A stretch of DNA of 61,560 nucleotides, counting the filler, from Sluysia triapertura (taxonomy: Eukaryota), in NCBI GenBank assembly GCA_046118255.1. It is 4 parts of 4 records of this genome, joined end to end, with 100 filler letters (N's around TTAATTAATTAA, not from the genome) between each part and the next. Parts side by side here need not be neighbours in the genome. Positions count along the whole stretch, not along the records: positions 25,144 to 37,591 come from JBJNIA010108314.1; positions 37,692 to 61,560 come from JBJNIA010200708.1; 2 more parts are not named here. One strand, written 5' to 3'. Shown piece by piece: positions 27,751 to 42,395 of the stretch. Every line of letters begins with the position of its first letter. Position 1 is the stretch's first letter. A model generated the notes under the pieces. It was not told the DNA's origin and did not search any database. It was given only the letters and a program-made list of their open reading frames with translations. The position numbers and the translations under genes are program-made.

Positions 27751-28345
27751 TGATAGGATTACCCAACTGTTGGACAAGAAACGAGTAAAAAAATATGGAA
27801 TTAAAAAATTCATGAAGAATTGATGCAAAATGAGGAAAAGAACATTATAGACAATGTAGAACAAGAATAATGAAATAAAAACATCTACAATCATTTTGAG
27901 AATTGATGAATACCTTGGAATTCCAAGGACCTTTGCGAGATGTTGAGACTCTTGATGAAGCTTGAGATTGATGGGTTTAGAAAATGTTTTGAAGCGTTAA
28001 AGTATCTTGGAATCTGTGAACCTCCAGACAATTTGAGACCTATGAGAAATCTAGTAAAGTATTTGAAAACTTTAATATATTTTAGAAATAAAATCATTAT
28101 TCATATTAAAGATAAATATAATCCATTAATAATTAATATTAAGAAATATAAAAGTGAATAATTGTGTGTAAGTATCTAGAATTCTTTCAGTGCCTTATAA
28201 AGTACTAAACAAATTTAGAACCTTAATAAAATCTTTAACCATAAAGTACGACTAAATCGAAACTAGACTAATTAATTAAAATCTTAATCAACTTAATTAA
28301 GAAAAAGTAAGGTTTATTAATAGCGTTTGAATGCGGAATGCTATT
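27751..28345. mobile_element. Solo-LTR-like repeat, copy 3 (inverted relative to copies 1 and 2)
   Basis: Reverse-complement alignment to 8690-9338, including blocks GAATACCTTGGA, GAAGCTTGAGAT, CCTTAATAAAA and TTTGAATGCG.AATGCTA. Confidence 0.7.
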
Positions 28346-28516
28346 GTTAATATAGTATAAATTTTAATTGTTAATATAGTATAAATTTTAATTGTATAAA
28401 TTTTAATTGTTCTAATGTAATATAAAAAATTTTCAATATAATGTTTAAAAATACCTTTTAATAGTAATCTTATTGTGTCATACAGAGGACAATAAAATAT
28501 TATATCATTAGTATTA

Positions 28517-28565
<49 letters not shown>

Positions 28566-31124
28566 ATTTTATATACACAAATAAAGTCTATTAAAAGAAT
28601 TATAAGATATGAAATTTAAATTAATGTATATACAGTCTATCAGGAAAAATTAATAGATTTACATTTTAGTATAAGATCTGAAATTTAAAATTACACGAAA
28701 GTATATCTGAAATTTATAGAATTACACATATTTAAATTTACAATTTAGTATTACACAAAATTATAATTTGAAATCTAAAATATATCTGAAATTTAAATTT
28801 CTTATGTATATATAAAATCGGAATTATAAATTCTATTACGATTATTAAATCATTTTGTATATAAACAAAAACAAAACGAGCAAACAAGGCAATAAAATTA
28901 AAAACTTTTGGTGGATTTAAGAAATATTTGAAATCTCAATTTATTTTCACGTGAACAAAGAAGAAAACGAACAATATACTAAGTCAATCGTGACAATTTT
29001 TGGTGGAACATTTAATATTCGTGAGTGTTATATTATTTTGTTGTCCTTTATATATGTGTATTAATACTAATATTGTAAAATTTTCTTTTGCGTACTTTAT
29101 TAATTAAAAAATTTGATTTATTTGTATTAATAAATAATTGTTAGTTCATTCGACTTCGTTTTGAGAGTGAGGCCCTAGAAGAGTAAATAAGAATTATAAG
29201 GAATTACATTAAAAATATCAAGTGATAAATAGTTTTAAATTAGTTTATAAACTATCTATTCATTACTAACAAAACTATTATTACTAAATTATTAAGCACT
29301 CCTATCCTGAATAACGAGGACGAGTATACCGACTCATACCTCCAGTAGAGTAAAGTGATATAATAAATTAAGGTTCTTAAGAATAATCTTTAGAGAGATT
29401 TGAATCGTTAACATAGAATAAGAATTTTTATAATACAGAATAATATCCAGACCTATTTGAACTTAGAAAAAAGATAAAAGTTGAATTTCAATTACCGAAA
29501 CAGTCGAGAATAAGTTAACCTTTAAAATATTAAATTAAATAACAAAATATTTATTACAGTATCTATAATTGTAGTTGGTTCTTTGATTCTCTGTATAGCA
29601 AAATGAAGTTGCTTAATAATTTTAGCCTGTCAACAGTCAACGATTTATACTATATTTTAATTTAGTTAAATTGAAGTACTGTCGACTGGTGACAGTTTGT
29701 GCCACTAAAATGGTCATAATAAAGTATTTGTAATAGTAATTAATTGATTAAAAATAATAATAATCAGTATAATAAAATAGTTAATTACAATAAAATAGTA
29801 ATAATAATAAAATGTTTACAAAGAAATTAATAAAATAAAGATTAAAATGTCCACAAATTCTTCCTGATATTTTACACGAACTTTCTTTTATTTAAAAAAT
29901 TACAAAATATTTCTTCACATACAATTAAATGAATTTAAATAAGATATAATTTGTTGATTTAAAATACCAAAAATAATTAAAAGGTGTAAATACTTAAGTG
30001 TGAGAGAATTTAGAACTTGAAATGTTGAGTCAATTTTAAGATATATGTTTGCTAATTTAAGGTGTAAATTGTGATTCTAATGTTGTGAGATAAAGATTAA
30101 AAATGTTTTATATGAATTTTTGAATATACTTTGATGTTTGAATGTAAGTAAAGTTTGGATGTTGTAAGATTGTGACTTGAAAATGTATTGAAAATAAAAT
30201 AGTTTTTTATGGATCTGAAGGAAATAAAATACGGCAAAAATTTTTGATACATTCTAAAAAGGTAGTTGTATAAAGTTAACAAATGTGATTATGATTGTAT
30301 TGTTATGGAATGTGCGATATGTTGAATTAAATTAGAAATGTCTTAACTTGACATTTTAAGTTTATGTTTGATGATTTTCGATGTTGAATAAGATTTTGAT
30401 GTTATGGAATTTTATATTTAGAATGTTTGTAAGTATTAACAATTATGAAATATTCAGAAGAGTGGTTTTGTTGTATGTGAATGAAATAAAATTTATAAGT
30501 ATTGGGTTGACAACTACAACTCCAATAGGCATGTTAAATTTCGCTGCCAGATCTCTTTCAGTATAAAAGCCTTTCATTTAAGGGTTGAAAAATATGAAGG
30601 AAATTTTAACAAAATTTAATATTAAAACAAAATGTTCGAGATTATTTGTATATTCTTGATGTATTAATTCCATTTTTCAAAAAAGTGGTGCTCGTTATGT
30701 AGAGGTCTTCCTGCAATATAATTATTAGTGTTAGATTTTAATATCTATTGCAAGTATTCAGATTCTGCACTCAACGATCAATTTACGCTTTTCAAACATA
30801 TCATTTAATTATTAATATTTTAAGAGATATTCAGAATTTTTGCAATAATTTTAGTTTATTATTACTTATAATGTATTATTAAAAAGTTTTTTATTTTCAT
30901 TTTTAATAATAGTAGTAGATATACTACTTATTAATAATATCATCATTATTGATATTATTGTCGTCATTATCATTATCGACACAATCAAAATCTTTGCTCA
31001 TTTACAACGTAAACCAATGAATTTCAAAGTATTACCGATATTACATTTATTTTATTGATGAGTATTAATTGAAGAATCAAATTAATTGATGAGTATTAAC
31101 TGAAAAATAATTTATGCGATATTA

Positions 31125-31290
31125 GTACAGGGTCGACGGTCCACGCTATCTAAACTCAAATACAAAACTGCTGAAGCAAATTTCAGAATCAAAGAATAAT
31201 GTTACGAAAATGTTATGATAAACTTAGAATACTCGAAGTCATATATGGTACAGATGGCATGAAAGGTTTTCAGAAGCTAATTATAGATCT
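31125..31290 (+). mobile_element. Possible mariner N-terminal (HTH) remnant
   Basis: TA|CAGGGT start; translation fragments KLKYKTAEA and YRWHERFSE. Confidence 0.35.
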
Positions 31291-33890
31291 AATTAAGAAT
31301 GATTACCATGATTCTGTTCTGAAATGAAATATATACTAAAGAATTTTATATATGTTTTAATGATTTTATATATAAGTATTATGAATATTTTTATTTTATT
31401 TTTTTAAAAATAATGAGTAATAGAGAACTTTATTTTATCATAAGGTATAATGAACATTTCTATAATTTTATGTTTTTAAAAGAAAGAAATGATAACTTTA
31501 TAAATTCATAAGGCTTTTAAATTTTATATTAAAATATAATGAAAATTTATATTACCTTATATGACAACATGTATTTTGAATGACAGCAAGGATTCTAATA
31601 ATTTCAAACAAATTCAAGGCATTTTTAAAGATTTACTAATAATAATTTCAATAAAATAAAGATAATGTATTTTGAAACATATTTTAAATAATTATTTTTA
31701 TCCTACTGTTCAGAATGTCACGTTTAAATGTTATAAATTGTTCATATTTTTTTGTTTTGTGTTTTTATATGTTCATTGTCTTCTGATTTTACTCAAAAGT
31801 TTTGTTTTTAAGTCGTATAAGATTAATGATTATTTCAATTAGGGCCTAAGTTCATAATTGTTTATGTATAATAATAAGTTATTGACTTTGTTAATTTGTG
31901 CAATCATAAATGTTAAATTAATAATTACGTTGTTTTGTAAACGCCGTAAGCGCCATCATGACTTGTCACTTATTAAATATAATTTTAATCATACATCAAA
32001 ATTAAAGATACAAAATGATATTTTAAATTATCGTCACACTCGAACTCACTTGTGCATTATGTCTAAAACATATTAGTGTTTTATTATGCTATTTTTGTTG
32101 AGTCAGTTGTGGCGCCTTTTAAAGAATCTTAGAATTTGTAAAGTTTTGATAAGACACCTTAAGCATCAAAACGAAGTTTCAATCAAACGCCTTCAGCGTT
32201 TTAGAATAGCTAATATATTTAATCTAGTTACTGATTAAAAAATCCAAAAAATATCTATTTTAGGAAAGAAAAACATATTTGAAGGGAGTATTTGTAATTT
32301 ACAATATTGAATGTCAAGACCTTAAATAGCATATTTAGTATTGTGACAATGACTACTTTCCGAATATTAACCAACCATTACCAGTTCTGATTCTCAATCA
32401 ATACCTATCTCATTATGCCAAGTTGAAAATATCGTGCCAAATGTTATGTGATAGTATAAGAAATCAAATCTTGATTTTTAATTAATACATCTCCGTAGAA
32501 ACGTCTGTAGTTTGCATTAACAAAGCATAACTTGCAGTATAAGTTAATATTACCTTCGACCTGGACAAAATAAAATTACAACTAAAGGATGAAAACCCAA
32601 AATGAAACAAGTTTCTAAGAAGCCAACTCTACCTAGATCTACTCACATATCAAATCTTCTATTGATAACTATGACAACTGTATAGCTACCTGAACTCTTA
32701 TTGGGTAAAAATGTGGACCTTAGGGACAAAAACTTGAAACTTCACCAAAATGACAAGTTTCCTTGAACCTGAGATCCGGACAATGAGCATTTATTTCCGA
32801 AAAGCTTATAACAATGTATTAAACTTTCACTTGAATCCTCATTTAATATTTACAAAGATCAGAGCCTTCAATATTCTGAATAGGATAGTTAGAATAATAT
32901 ATAATACCCATCCTCTCAATTTTGTGTGAAAACATGTAAGCATGTTACAACCATTACTTCCTACAACTACTTATCCTTTCTCTTTTCTCCGTCCTCTCGG
33001 TAACAATCTAAATCTGGACAGAACCTACTACTGCATGCCTAGTTGTATTCTATTTGATAAAATAAAAGTTTAAAGTACTTAAATTCAATTGATGGTGAAA
33101 ATATGGGATTTTTATTTTCACATATAAACCCAATAATACAATCACGAAACTTACAGTAATAGCAAATTGATTTAAATTTATTTTGTAAGTTATCATAGTC
33201 AAAAGATTTTTTATTTAGACTGGTTGGTGGAGTTTACATTTTTTACACATCTGTTTACACATTTTCCAGAATTATGCATGAGACTTAATAATTTGGGATG
33301 CACCAAGGTAAATAAATTGTACGAAAATTCATAATCATGAAGAGTTACGATTACTAACTAATATGTTATTAAAATTATCAAAGTGTGTATGTATTCATAA
33401 TTTTAGTTTTGAAATTAAATATCAGTATGAAAATATAGTGAAACTGCAGAATGTACTTTACTATTCGTCAATAATAAAAAATAAACAAGTTTTTACTTTA
33501 ATATTATATTATTAATAAAAAACAGATACTAAAAAGAAAAAAAATAACGAAAATATAAGTTTTTCACACTGAAAAAATTCATGAGATTATTTCTTCTATA
33601 ATATTATATTCACGAGGTCTCAAAACAATTATAAAGAAAAAAACTAAAAATGAGGTCATAATTTATCAAAAATATGAAGATCAATAGTAACAATTAAGAA
33701 AGAAATAGACTCCAAAGCCGAAGCCGTTAATTTCACAATGAGATTCCACTTCCTTCTCGATGTCATAAAAAGAGTGACATCATTTCATCATTTATATAAC
33801 AGAACCATAACAAATATCGTGATCAATTACTTAAAGTTCATAAATAAAATATTTTTATGTTATTTTGAATTAAAATTTAAAAACACTAAC

Positions 33891-34517
33891 TCGTTGCAAT
33901 AGATGACACGACGAATTCCAAGTTACTCTTTGTAATTGTAAAATCCCACCAGCAAACCAAATGGTTACTAAATCTTTAATTTCTGAATTAAGAACAAACA
34001 AATTATTCACTATTTCACTATCATTAAATTCTTCTAATAATTCTTTTAATGAACTTTCAATAGAATCCATAGACACTTTTAATTTATTTTGAATATCAAT
34101 TATATCAGAACGTATATCTACAATAAACTTAATTCCGTCAGGAATTTTTCCAAGATTAATAAAAAATTGGCGATACTTTGGTTGAAGGCTTTCTTTTATA
34201 TGATATAAGTGACGAACACGAGTACCATGAGAAACCTAATAATGTATGCTTTAAAAATTAAATCAAACCATCTGTTTAAACATCAAATTTTGATACTTTT
34301 CGTTTGTATAGTCATGAAGACAAGATAGTTCTTTCAAAAAACGGTAACGATCAGTTGCAATCATCTCGGAATATGATGTACAAAGTTTCTTATATAAATC
34401 CTGATAAAAAAATTAAATATTTTTACGTATTCATACTTCTTTGTAGACACCACCGCCATATTGTATTAATTTTCTAGTTTCGGATAATAAATGTTTAAGT
34501 GTTAAAGAACCAGACAT
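33891..34517 (-). CDS. MLYCD: Malonyl-CoA decarboxylase, first three exons (34517-34437, 34400-34269, 34235-33891)
   Basis: Spliced translation contains LQPKYRQFFINLGKIPDGIKFIVDIRSDII and WFAGGILQLQRVTWNSSCHLLQR (MCD motifs GGV+FLV.+R.D and WF..G.L.L.RVTW.S). Introns are 36 and 33 nt, all phase 0. Confidence 0.85.
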
Positions 34518-35084
34518 GATATTATTATACTTTTACACTTGTCATTTTGATATATAGATTGTTATAATATAAAATACTTATTTGAAGTATTATACTCTAA
34601 TATACATATTATACATATTTATACATATTATATTATACATATTTATACATATTTATATTTATATTTTAAGTATATAAATAATTTTAATAATAAATATTAA
34701 AATATTTTTGTTCAATTAGTACATGAAATTTTTCGTTAACATTTTGAAGTTTATTTGTATTTTTATTTATTACTTTCTTCTATTGTAGAAAATTGATATT
34801 ATTAATATTTATTCATGAAACATTTTTAAATAACAAATTATTATAATTTTTGTTTGTATTTAGAGAATAATTTAACCTTATAACTTTGGTAACGCATTAA
34901 ATTATAAACTTATTTAATGATCAAACAAATTAAATTGTTACTGTATCTTTATTATATAATTTATTAATGATATTAAAAATGAAATATAAACATTATAATT
35001 ATAATAAAATTATAAATTATTTTTTTCTTCTAATTTTCAATTTTTAAATATTGATATTGCTATTTTTAGATTTAACATTTTCCA

Positions 35085-35423
35085 ATGGCAAAAAATTATA
35101 ATCGTTCCGATATTTTTCCTCCTATTAAAACTGTTTACGAAGAAAGTTACGGTAGTGCTCGTGGATCTCCGCAACCAGTTTTGCCATATAAACGTTTAGA
35201 AGTTTCAACAGATCGCATTTCCGAATTAGAAAATCGACTTGATTATCAAGAACGTACTACTCAACAGTTAGTGGATAAAGCAATTCATATCAAGCAAGAA
35301 TTAATTGAAAATCTCAGTTTAACACAAGGAACATGGCAAGAAGAAAGAGTGGCTCGTGAATTATTACAAGAGCATGTACGCACAATAACAGCAGTGATAC
35401 GACAGATGAATAAGGATGTAAAA
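35085..35423 (+). CDS. FAM81: FAM81 family coiled-coil protein, first coding exon
   Basis: LENRLDYQERTTQQLVDKAIHIKQELIENL...ARELLQEHVRTITAVIRQMNKDV matches FAM81A/B (LEDRI...EKTT..LV..AF.IK.D+...LEEHIRNITAIVKQLNRDI). GTATGT donor at 35424. Confidence 0.8.
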
Positions 35424-37519
35424 GTATGTGATCTAAAACTTTAGCAAATTTCCTAAATTAGCGTACTTTTAAGTTGTGCCCATTCTCGAGAAGTGAATTT
35501 AAAAAATTTGGCTACAATGAATAAGTTTAAAATATATTTAAATAAAAATTGTAACTAATTTTAACAAGTTTTAATTTGAAATATTAAATTTCTGCCAGAA
35601 TATCGTTATTTATGCATGATATCAAAATAATTACACTAATGAAGTTTACATTAATGTATTTAACACGTACTACAATTATTATTATTAGCTAAAATTAAGA
35701 AAGCACATTTCATGAATAATTAAATTTATTCTGCACGTCATTTTACGATTAAAAGTAATTTGTAAAACGTTTTTTGACATTTTTGAATTTATACACATTT
35801 AGGTTAATTTAAGAGATATTTTAAGAAATTTTTATATTGAATTTTATTTGAATATTAATCAAAATTTATTTTTGTTACATGAAATATGGGTGATTTACAG
35901 TTACACAAAAAATATTGGCTACATTCATTAAGAGACAAATAAAATTAAAGAAATTAGTAGTTAATTTTCTTGGTGATTTTTGTAATAAATAAAGAATTTA
36001 TAAAACTTTGATACTTAATTCAAACAAGAAAAGTAGAGATATTTTTTGTAGCAGATTTTATTTTCGTGTTAAATAATTTTTCTTAATTCAAATAAAATAC
36101 ATACATATATATACATCGTAAATTATGTGTAGCTGTTGTTGTATGGCATTTTTTGTTGCTGAACTGAAATATAATTTTTATGTGAATTATTTTTTAATGT
36201 TAATTTTATACATATTTAACACCTTAAATTGTGTAATAAAAAATTTTAAATTGTTTAAAAAGTTATTTAAAATAATAATATCTAAGGGTACTTGTTCCTT
36301 TATAGAATGAATAAATCAAACAAAAATTAATTTCAAAACAAATTAAAAAATTATGAAAATAATCCATTCGCAGTATAAATTTGTTTACACCTTTTCGAAT
36401 AATTGTTAAGTTTGTGTTAAATGAATGCGTACATGATAAAATTTGTCATATTCATATCACAAGTAGTACTAAATGGAGATATAAGGTATTCAGAACTTTG
36501 AAAATTATGAAATGGTTATTGCTATTATTTAAACAAAATATTGTATTTTAATAATTATACATTTGCTCTGAATTTCTAAACTCTTGACCTATGGCAAAAT
36601 AAATTTTAGCAGGATTTTAACAGTATGCGACTTGCGACGTGAGTGAGTGTATCTGTCAATTCATAAAATATAATTTCAACTTATTCATACCATGTATTTT
36701 ATTCCTCAGAAATTCAACTAGTAATGTTTTTTACTGTACATTCTCGTCACGTCACAACTTCGTTAATTTAATAAATCGAATATAAATTCTAAAAACAACC
36801 GAATAACAGAACACAAGTGTTGTAATTTAAACTTTTACTAACAAATTATTATTTAATTATTTACAAATTGTTCTTAATAATAAAGCAGCAAATAGAAAAA
36901 TAGAAATAAAAATGAAGAAATTTAAAATTAATTTGTACAATATTTTAGAAAAGATTTTGTACCTCAATAAATCGGGGATCAAAAGGTTTATATAAAATTG
37001 ATCTTTAGTGTATTTTAAAGTTTCAACGTCTAAACTTTGTTGAATTTGCATAAAAACTCTCGCATTACTTTTTACAATCGTTTATTCCAAATAAACTGCT
37101 CTTAAAACTTGAAATTTTCTTACACATTTTTGCTCATTAAATTGTGATTTAAACTAGTCATCAGTCAATCAAAATCAATGAAATTTCTCGAAAATTCTAG
37201 AATTTTATATTTCTTTTTTCGAAAATTAACATTATTTTTGTATTTTTTAAGAGCTTAAAGGGTTTTAATGGCAACTTAACAATTTTAAAATATAACGTTA
37301 AATTGCTACGAAATAATGATTAAAATTATTAAATTATTTCAGTTCAAAAACAAAGAAATAAATGAGGTATGAAAAATATTTCACACATATTTAATGAAGT
37401 TTCATTGTTCATTAAGAGTGATCCATATCGAAACAATTCATAATGCTTTTAATTCACATTTATATTTACATTTTTTACTTTTGCATTAAAATCATTAAAA
37501 TTTTATTAGATTTGTCTCT

Positions 37520-37591
<72 letters not shown>

Positions 37592-37691
37592 NNNNNNNNN
37601 NNNNNNNNNNNNNNNNNNNNNNNNNNNNNNNNNNNTTAATTAATTAANNNNNNNNNNNNNNNNNNNNNNNNNNNNNNNNNNNNNNNNNNNN

Positions 37692-37768
<77 letters not shown>

Positions 37769-37774
37769 TCTAAC

Positions 37775-40700
37775 CTGCACAGATACCAGTACTATAATAT
37801 TAAAAGTAGGAAAATCTTTTAAATAATCCGTTTGAGACCAATATTTTCTTCTTTGAAACAAATTCACCAAACGACGAGTAATAATCAAGTCTTTAACTCC
37901 TATGATTCCTATATAAAGAAACATACCGTACATAGCTGCCATAGGAATGTATTTTAGTGCACTACCAAGAAACACTGATAAGAAAACCAGTACCCCTACA
38001 ACAATACCAGTTATACGCTGTTCTGCTAATCCGATTACTCTAGATAATGATAATTTTTATTATTAATTGTTTTTTCGAAATTTGTTCAGTCTTAATGAAA
38101 AAATGATTACTTCTTGACAGTCGACTAAAATGATGAGTCACAACACATGCCATATGATTAAAGGCTTGTGTAAGTAATGGGTACGGTTTTGCCAACAAAT
38201 ATTTCATTACAGAAGAAAATTGATACTTAACCATTTCAGGGCAGGATCCTTATATCAAATTAAAGATATTGACAAGAGCTTTCATTTAATATCAAATGAG
38301 GATAAACATTTTTGTTCGAAAGAAAAGGATAAAAAAATTAGAAAACCAGTTAAATGCTATGAATTTTTTTTCTACATTCTGGATCTTTATTTCTTCATTC
38401 CATACACTACCTTTGCGAAATTCGGTAAACATTTCATACATGGACTTCAATAAAGAACTAATGGAAAAGTTTTGGCAACCAAAGAGAAATATTGAGAGGA
38501 AGACCATTTTTAGGTTAAGTGGTAAGCATTTTCCATCATTAATCTGGCCTTCAAAACGTTTATATTAAATGTAGTGGAAGTACAAAAGAAAAAAGATGTC
38601 TAATTATTGTAATGTTTGGTTATATTTTACTATATATATCGTACGAAAAATCTTTTAGATGAATAAAAATTGCATTTAAAAATTGCATACACATTTTTAT
38701 GCATTGTTTTACATAAGCAAGTAATTTTTTTCGATGACAGAAATCCAACAAAACTAAATATTAAGTATTTCTACTTATACCAACAAGGGTTAGTCTTCAT
38801 TATGAAGATTTCAAATAAGATCCGTATGTAGATATAGAAAAAAAGTCATATGATAGTAATAATTTCTAGAGTTAAGAAAATATAATTTTAATTTTGAGAA
38901 GATTCTTGAAGATATCCATAAAGACTGATATTATTTTCATGTTTTCTAATATTTTTTCAGAATTTTTGAATACCAGTCACAGACGACTCACATGATTTAT
39001 TTTTGCTAAATCAACAGTTTTAAGAGTATTTTCTACTTTCAATTTGCTAGATGACTGGTCTTTAAATTAGTAAAGTATATAATTCTTTATATAGAACAAA
39101 CTTCAATTTTTAAAAATTTTCAATATTAATATTAAACTAAATAAATCATTTTATACACATTGTGTACATTAATCCTAACGGAGGGCAAATCAATAATATA
39201 AACAATAATATGAAATTGAAAAGTAATTTAAAATTATATAACGTGATTTATATATATATATTATTTACGAAATGTTAGAATTATGTGAATTATTTAACCC
39301 CAAAACAAATTTGCTCTCAATTATACATTTATTTAATAAATAAATGATAAAATATCATCATGGGGATATCAACCTTTAATTTCTTTATTTGAAATTTGAA
39401 ACGTATAATAATTAAAAGTTGCTTAAAAAGAAGAATAAAATAATGAAGATAATAATGTAAATAGAGCAATTAAGTCAATGTTAAAAAGGATGAAAATTAA
39501 TAAAGTTAAGAACATTTTAAAATATTAAAAATATATTTAAGCTACGAATGGCTCGTTTGTATAGTTAGATCTAAAAAGTTTTTTAAAGCAATATGAAAAC
39601 ATAATTTATGCAACATACTTTGGCGGTACACCGGGAGCATTATTAATACTCCATTTACTCATCGCAATACAAAGTGCATTTGTTCTCACCATTGCTCCGG
39701 ATACAAAAGGCCAACCAGTGAATGCGGAGATGATCGGAAAAACAAGCAAAACTAAGAAAAAATTTATCGAAAATAGAACCGGTTTAGTAAGCTTTCGTTC
39801 TGATTTACAAGCACAGATTCTGATAATAATAATAATAATGATAATAATAATTAAAAATAAAAATAAATACAGTGAAATTACTATTATGATTATTTTAAAA
39901 CGAAATAAATCATCAATATTGAGTACTTTATTTTATATTAGCAAACTTATGAAAATTAATTCTTAAATGTTTTGGCAAAAAATCAAAATCCAATTAAATT
40001 AATTAGAAGAATATCAATCGTAAATGATATTTATTACTTATTTTCACGGTACTTTAAACCCTAGGATTGCCAAGAACAAAATGACGTAAATTACAAAGCG
40101 TGAACAAAATTATCCATAATACATATTTCTTTATTTTCAATAAATTGAATATTTAAACACACTCATTACAAATTATTCCCTTTTTTGAATGTAAAAGACA
40201 AACATAATTGTTGCATACTAGAAATTCTTTTAACTTTTTGCTTTTTTCTATCAGAATGTTATTGTTGATACTGCGTTTAAATTTTTCTCTGGGCAAATGG
40301 CTTTGATTCTTCTCAAAATATCCTACACTGTTTCTTCTAACGTAACATTAATATTGAAAAAATTAATTAAAAATTCACGTTTTATGAAGCGGAAATTATT
40401 TTAAATTGTACGAGATATTTATAAAATTACAATAAAAGTTTCAAAACTTCAGCTCAATATGTTTTGTCCGCGCTTGGTAATCGTAGGGTTAAATATTATA
40501 ATCTAATTTGAAATTTTATATTAAAGAAATTAACATAGGTACTGTTTAATATAAGAGTAGTTTATTTGCATCATGGAGTACTCAAGGTTAATGTTTAGAA
40601 CGTGAACAATCATGGGTTATTTTGATAAATTATTTATTATTCAAGAAACGTCCAGATTATATTTTCAAGGTGTAGTTTCCTTTTAACATTGTTCAAACTA

Positions 40701-41260
40701 ATAACTTTAATTATACTGCATTGTGTGTTTAGAAATATTTATTATTTAATATTATTTATTTATTAATTATTATTATTTAATAAGGAAATATTATTATTTA
40801 ATATTTGAACGTTTATTATTTAATAAGGCAATGTGACATTGGTTAAAAAATTAATCAACTAACGAATTTGTGGAAACTTCAGTAAACATTATAAAGAATA
40901 TACTGACAGCGATCGCGAAACAGAAACCGTGTGTTTCACTTGTTGTTTGAACAAGTTTTGAATAGTCCGGTTGATTTAGCCAAAGTGTAAGATTGGTTTC
41001 GTTACTCGGTGGTATATTAAGAGTTGGCATATTGTAAGCGTGAAAAAATATTCGTTCCAAGGCTACTACAAGAATAATACCCAGTGGAACATTGAATGAA
41101 CCAAGCAAATTTCGTATCTGAAAAATAATTAATACATCATAATTTATTAAACATCAGTATATCTTCATTATATGTAATTAATAATATTCTTTCAACAATT
41201 TTCTTTTATTACACAATAACAATATTCTTCAACCTAAGATAGATCATAATCTACAATTTC

Positions 41261-41339
<79 letters not shown>

Positions 41340-42360
41340 TACGTTACTATTGTTTTGCTTAAAGGCTACATACTTCATGTAAAATTGTTTAAAGATTTTT
41401 AAAAATGTCTTAATCAAAATGAAATTCAGTGCTTTATGTAGTAATGACTTTCGCATATATTGAGTTCTACAAAATACGGTGTACCAACATCACTTGCAAT
41501 TAATAACGTTTCTACTAAACGTCCATAAAGTTACGATATATGATAAACAATATGACTGATAATAGTTCTATGTTACAAACACATAGCTATGTCTTGATCT
41601 CACATAAATATTCATATAATATCAAATAATATCACTGCATCAACTGTAACTTATGATTGAGGTCGAAATCGTCCTTAGTTTAAGTCGTGTAATCTTTACT
41701 TTAAGTAAATCATTCATAATCTTAACCAAACTATGAATGTACTGCAAGGAAAATATCTATTCTTTAGTAGACTGAGTTTTTAAATGTAAAACAGTTGAAC
41801 CATTATTTGAACATTTACACTCGTAATTAATCATTAAATACTTTTTCTAAAATGAAATTAAATCAAGTTTTTAACTCTGCAAAATAAGGTAGAAACGAAC
41901 ATTTAAAATTAATACTTGACTGATTATACTGCCTCAAACAACTTGTTAGATATTTACTAAGTTCATTTTCAACAACGTGACCAAATTAATTCAAAATTCA
42001 TTAATTCATTATTTCAAAATTCATCAATATGTTCATTTAAATTAAAATATCATTATATTAACGATACCATAATCAATTAATCGATAATAATAATAAACAT
42101 TATTTTAGTCTCAAAATAATCATTAATACTAACTTGTCGTCTAAAAAATGAGCCTCGTTTTATTTTAATAAGAATCATGCAAAAGTCTATCATTAAAAAG
42201 GCTAAGAATAATGTAGTACCACCAACACCGAACGTTATCCGTTCTTGGTATAATGTAACCATGGATTCAGTAGTAACATTCATTGATGCCACATTAGATG
42301 CCTTATGCGGTAGTCTCTAATAATAATAATAATATTAAGAATAATAATATTAATAATAAT

Positions 42361-42395
<35 letters not shown>

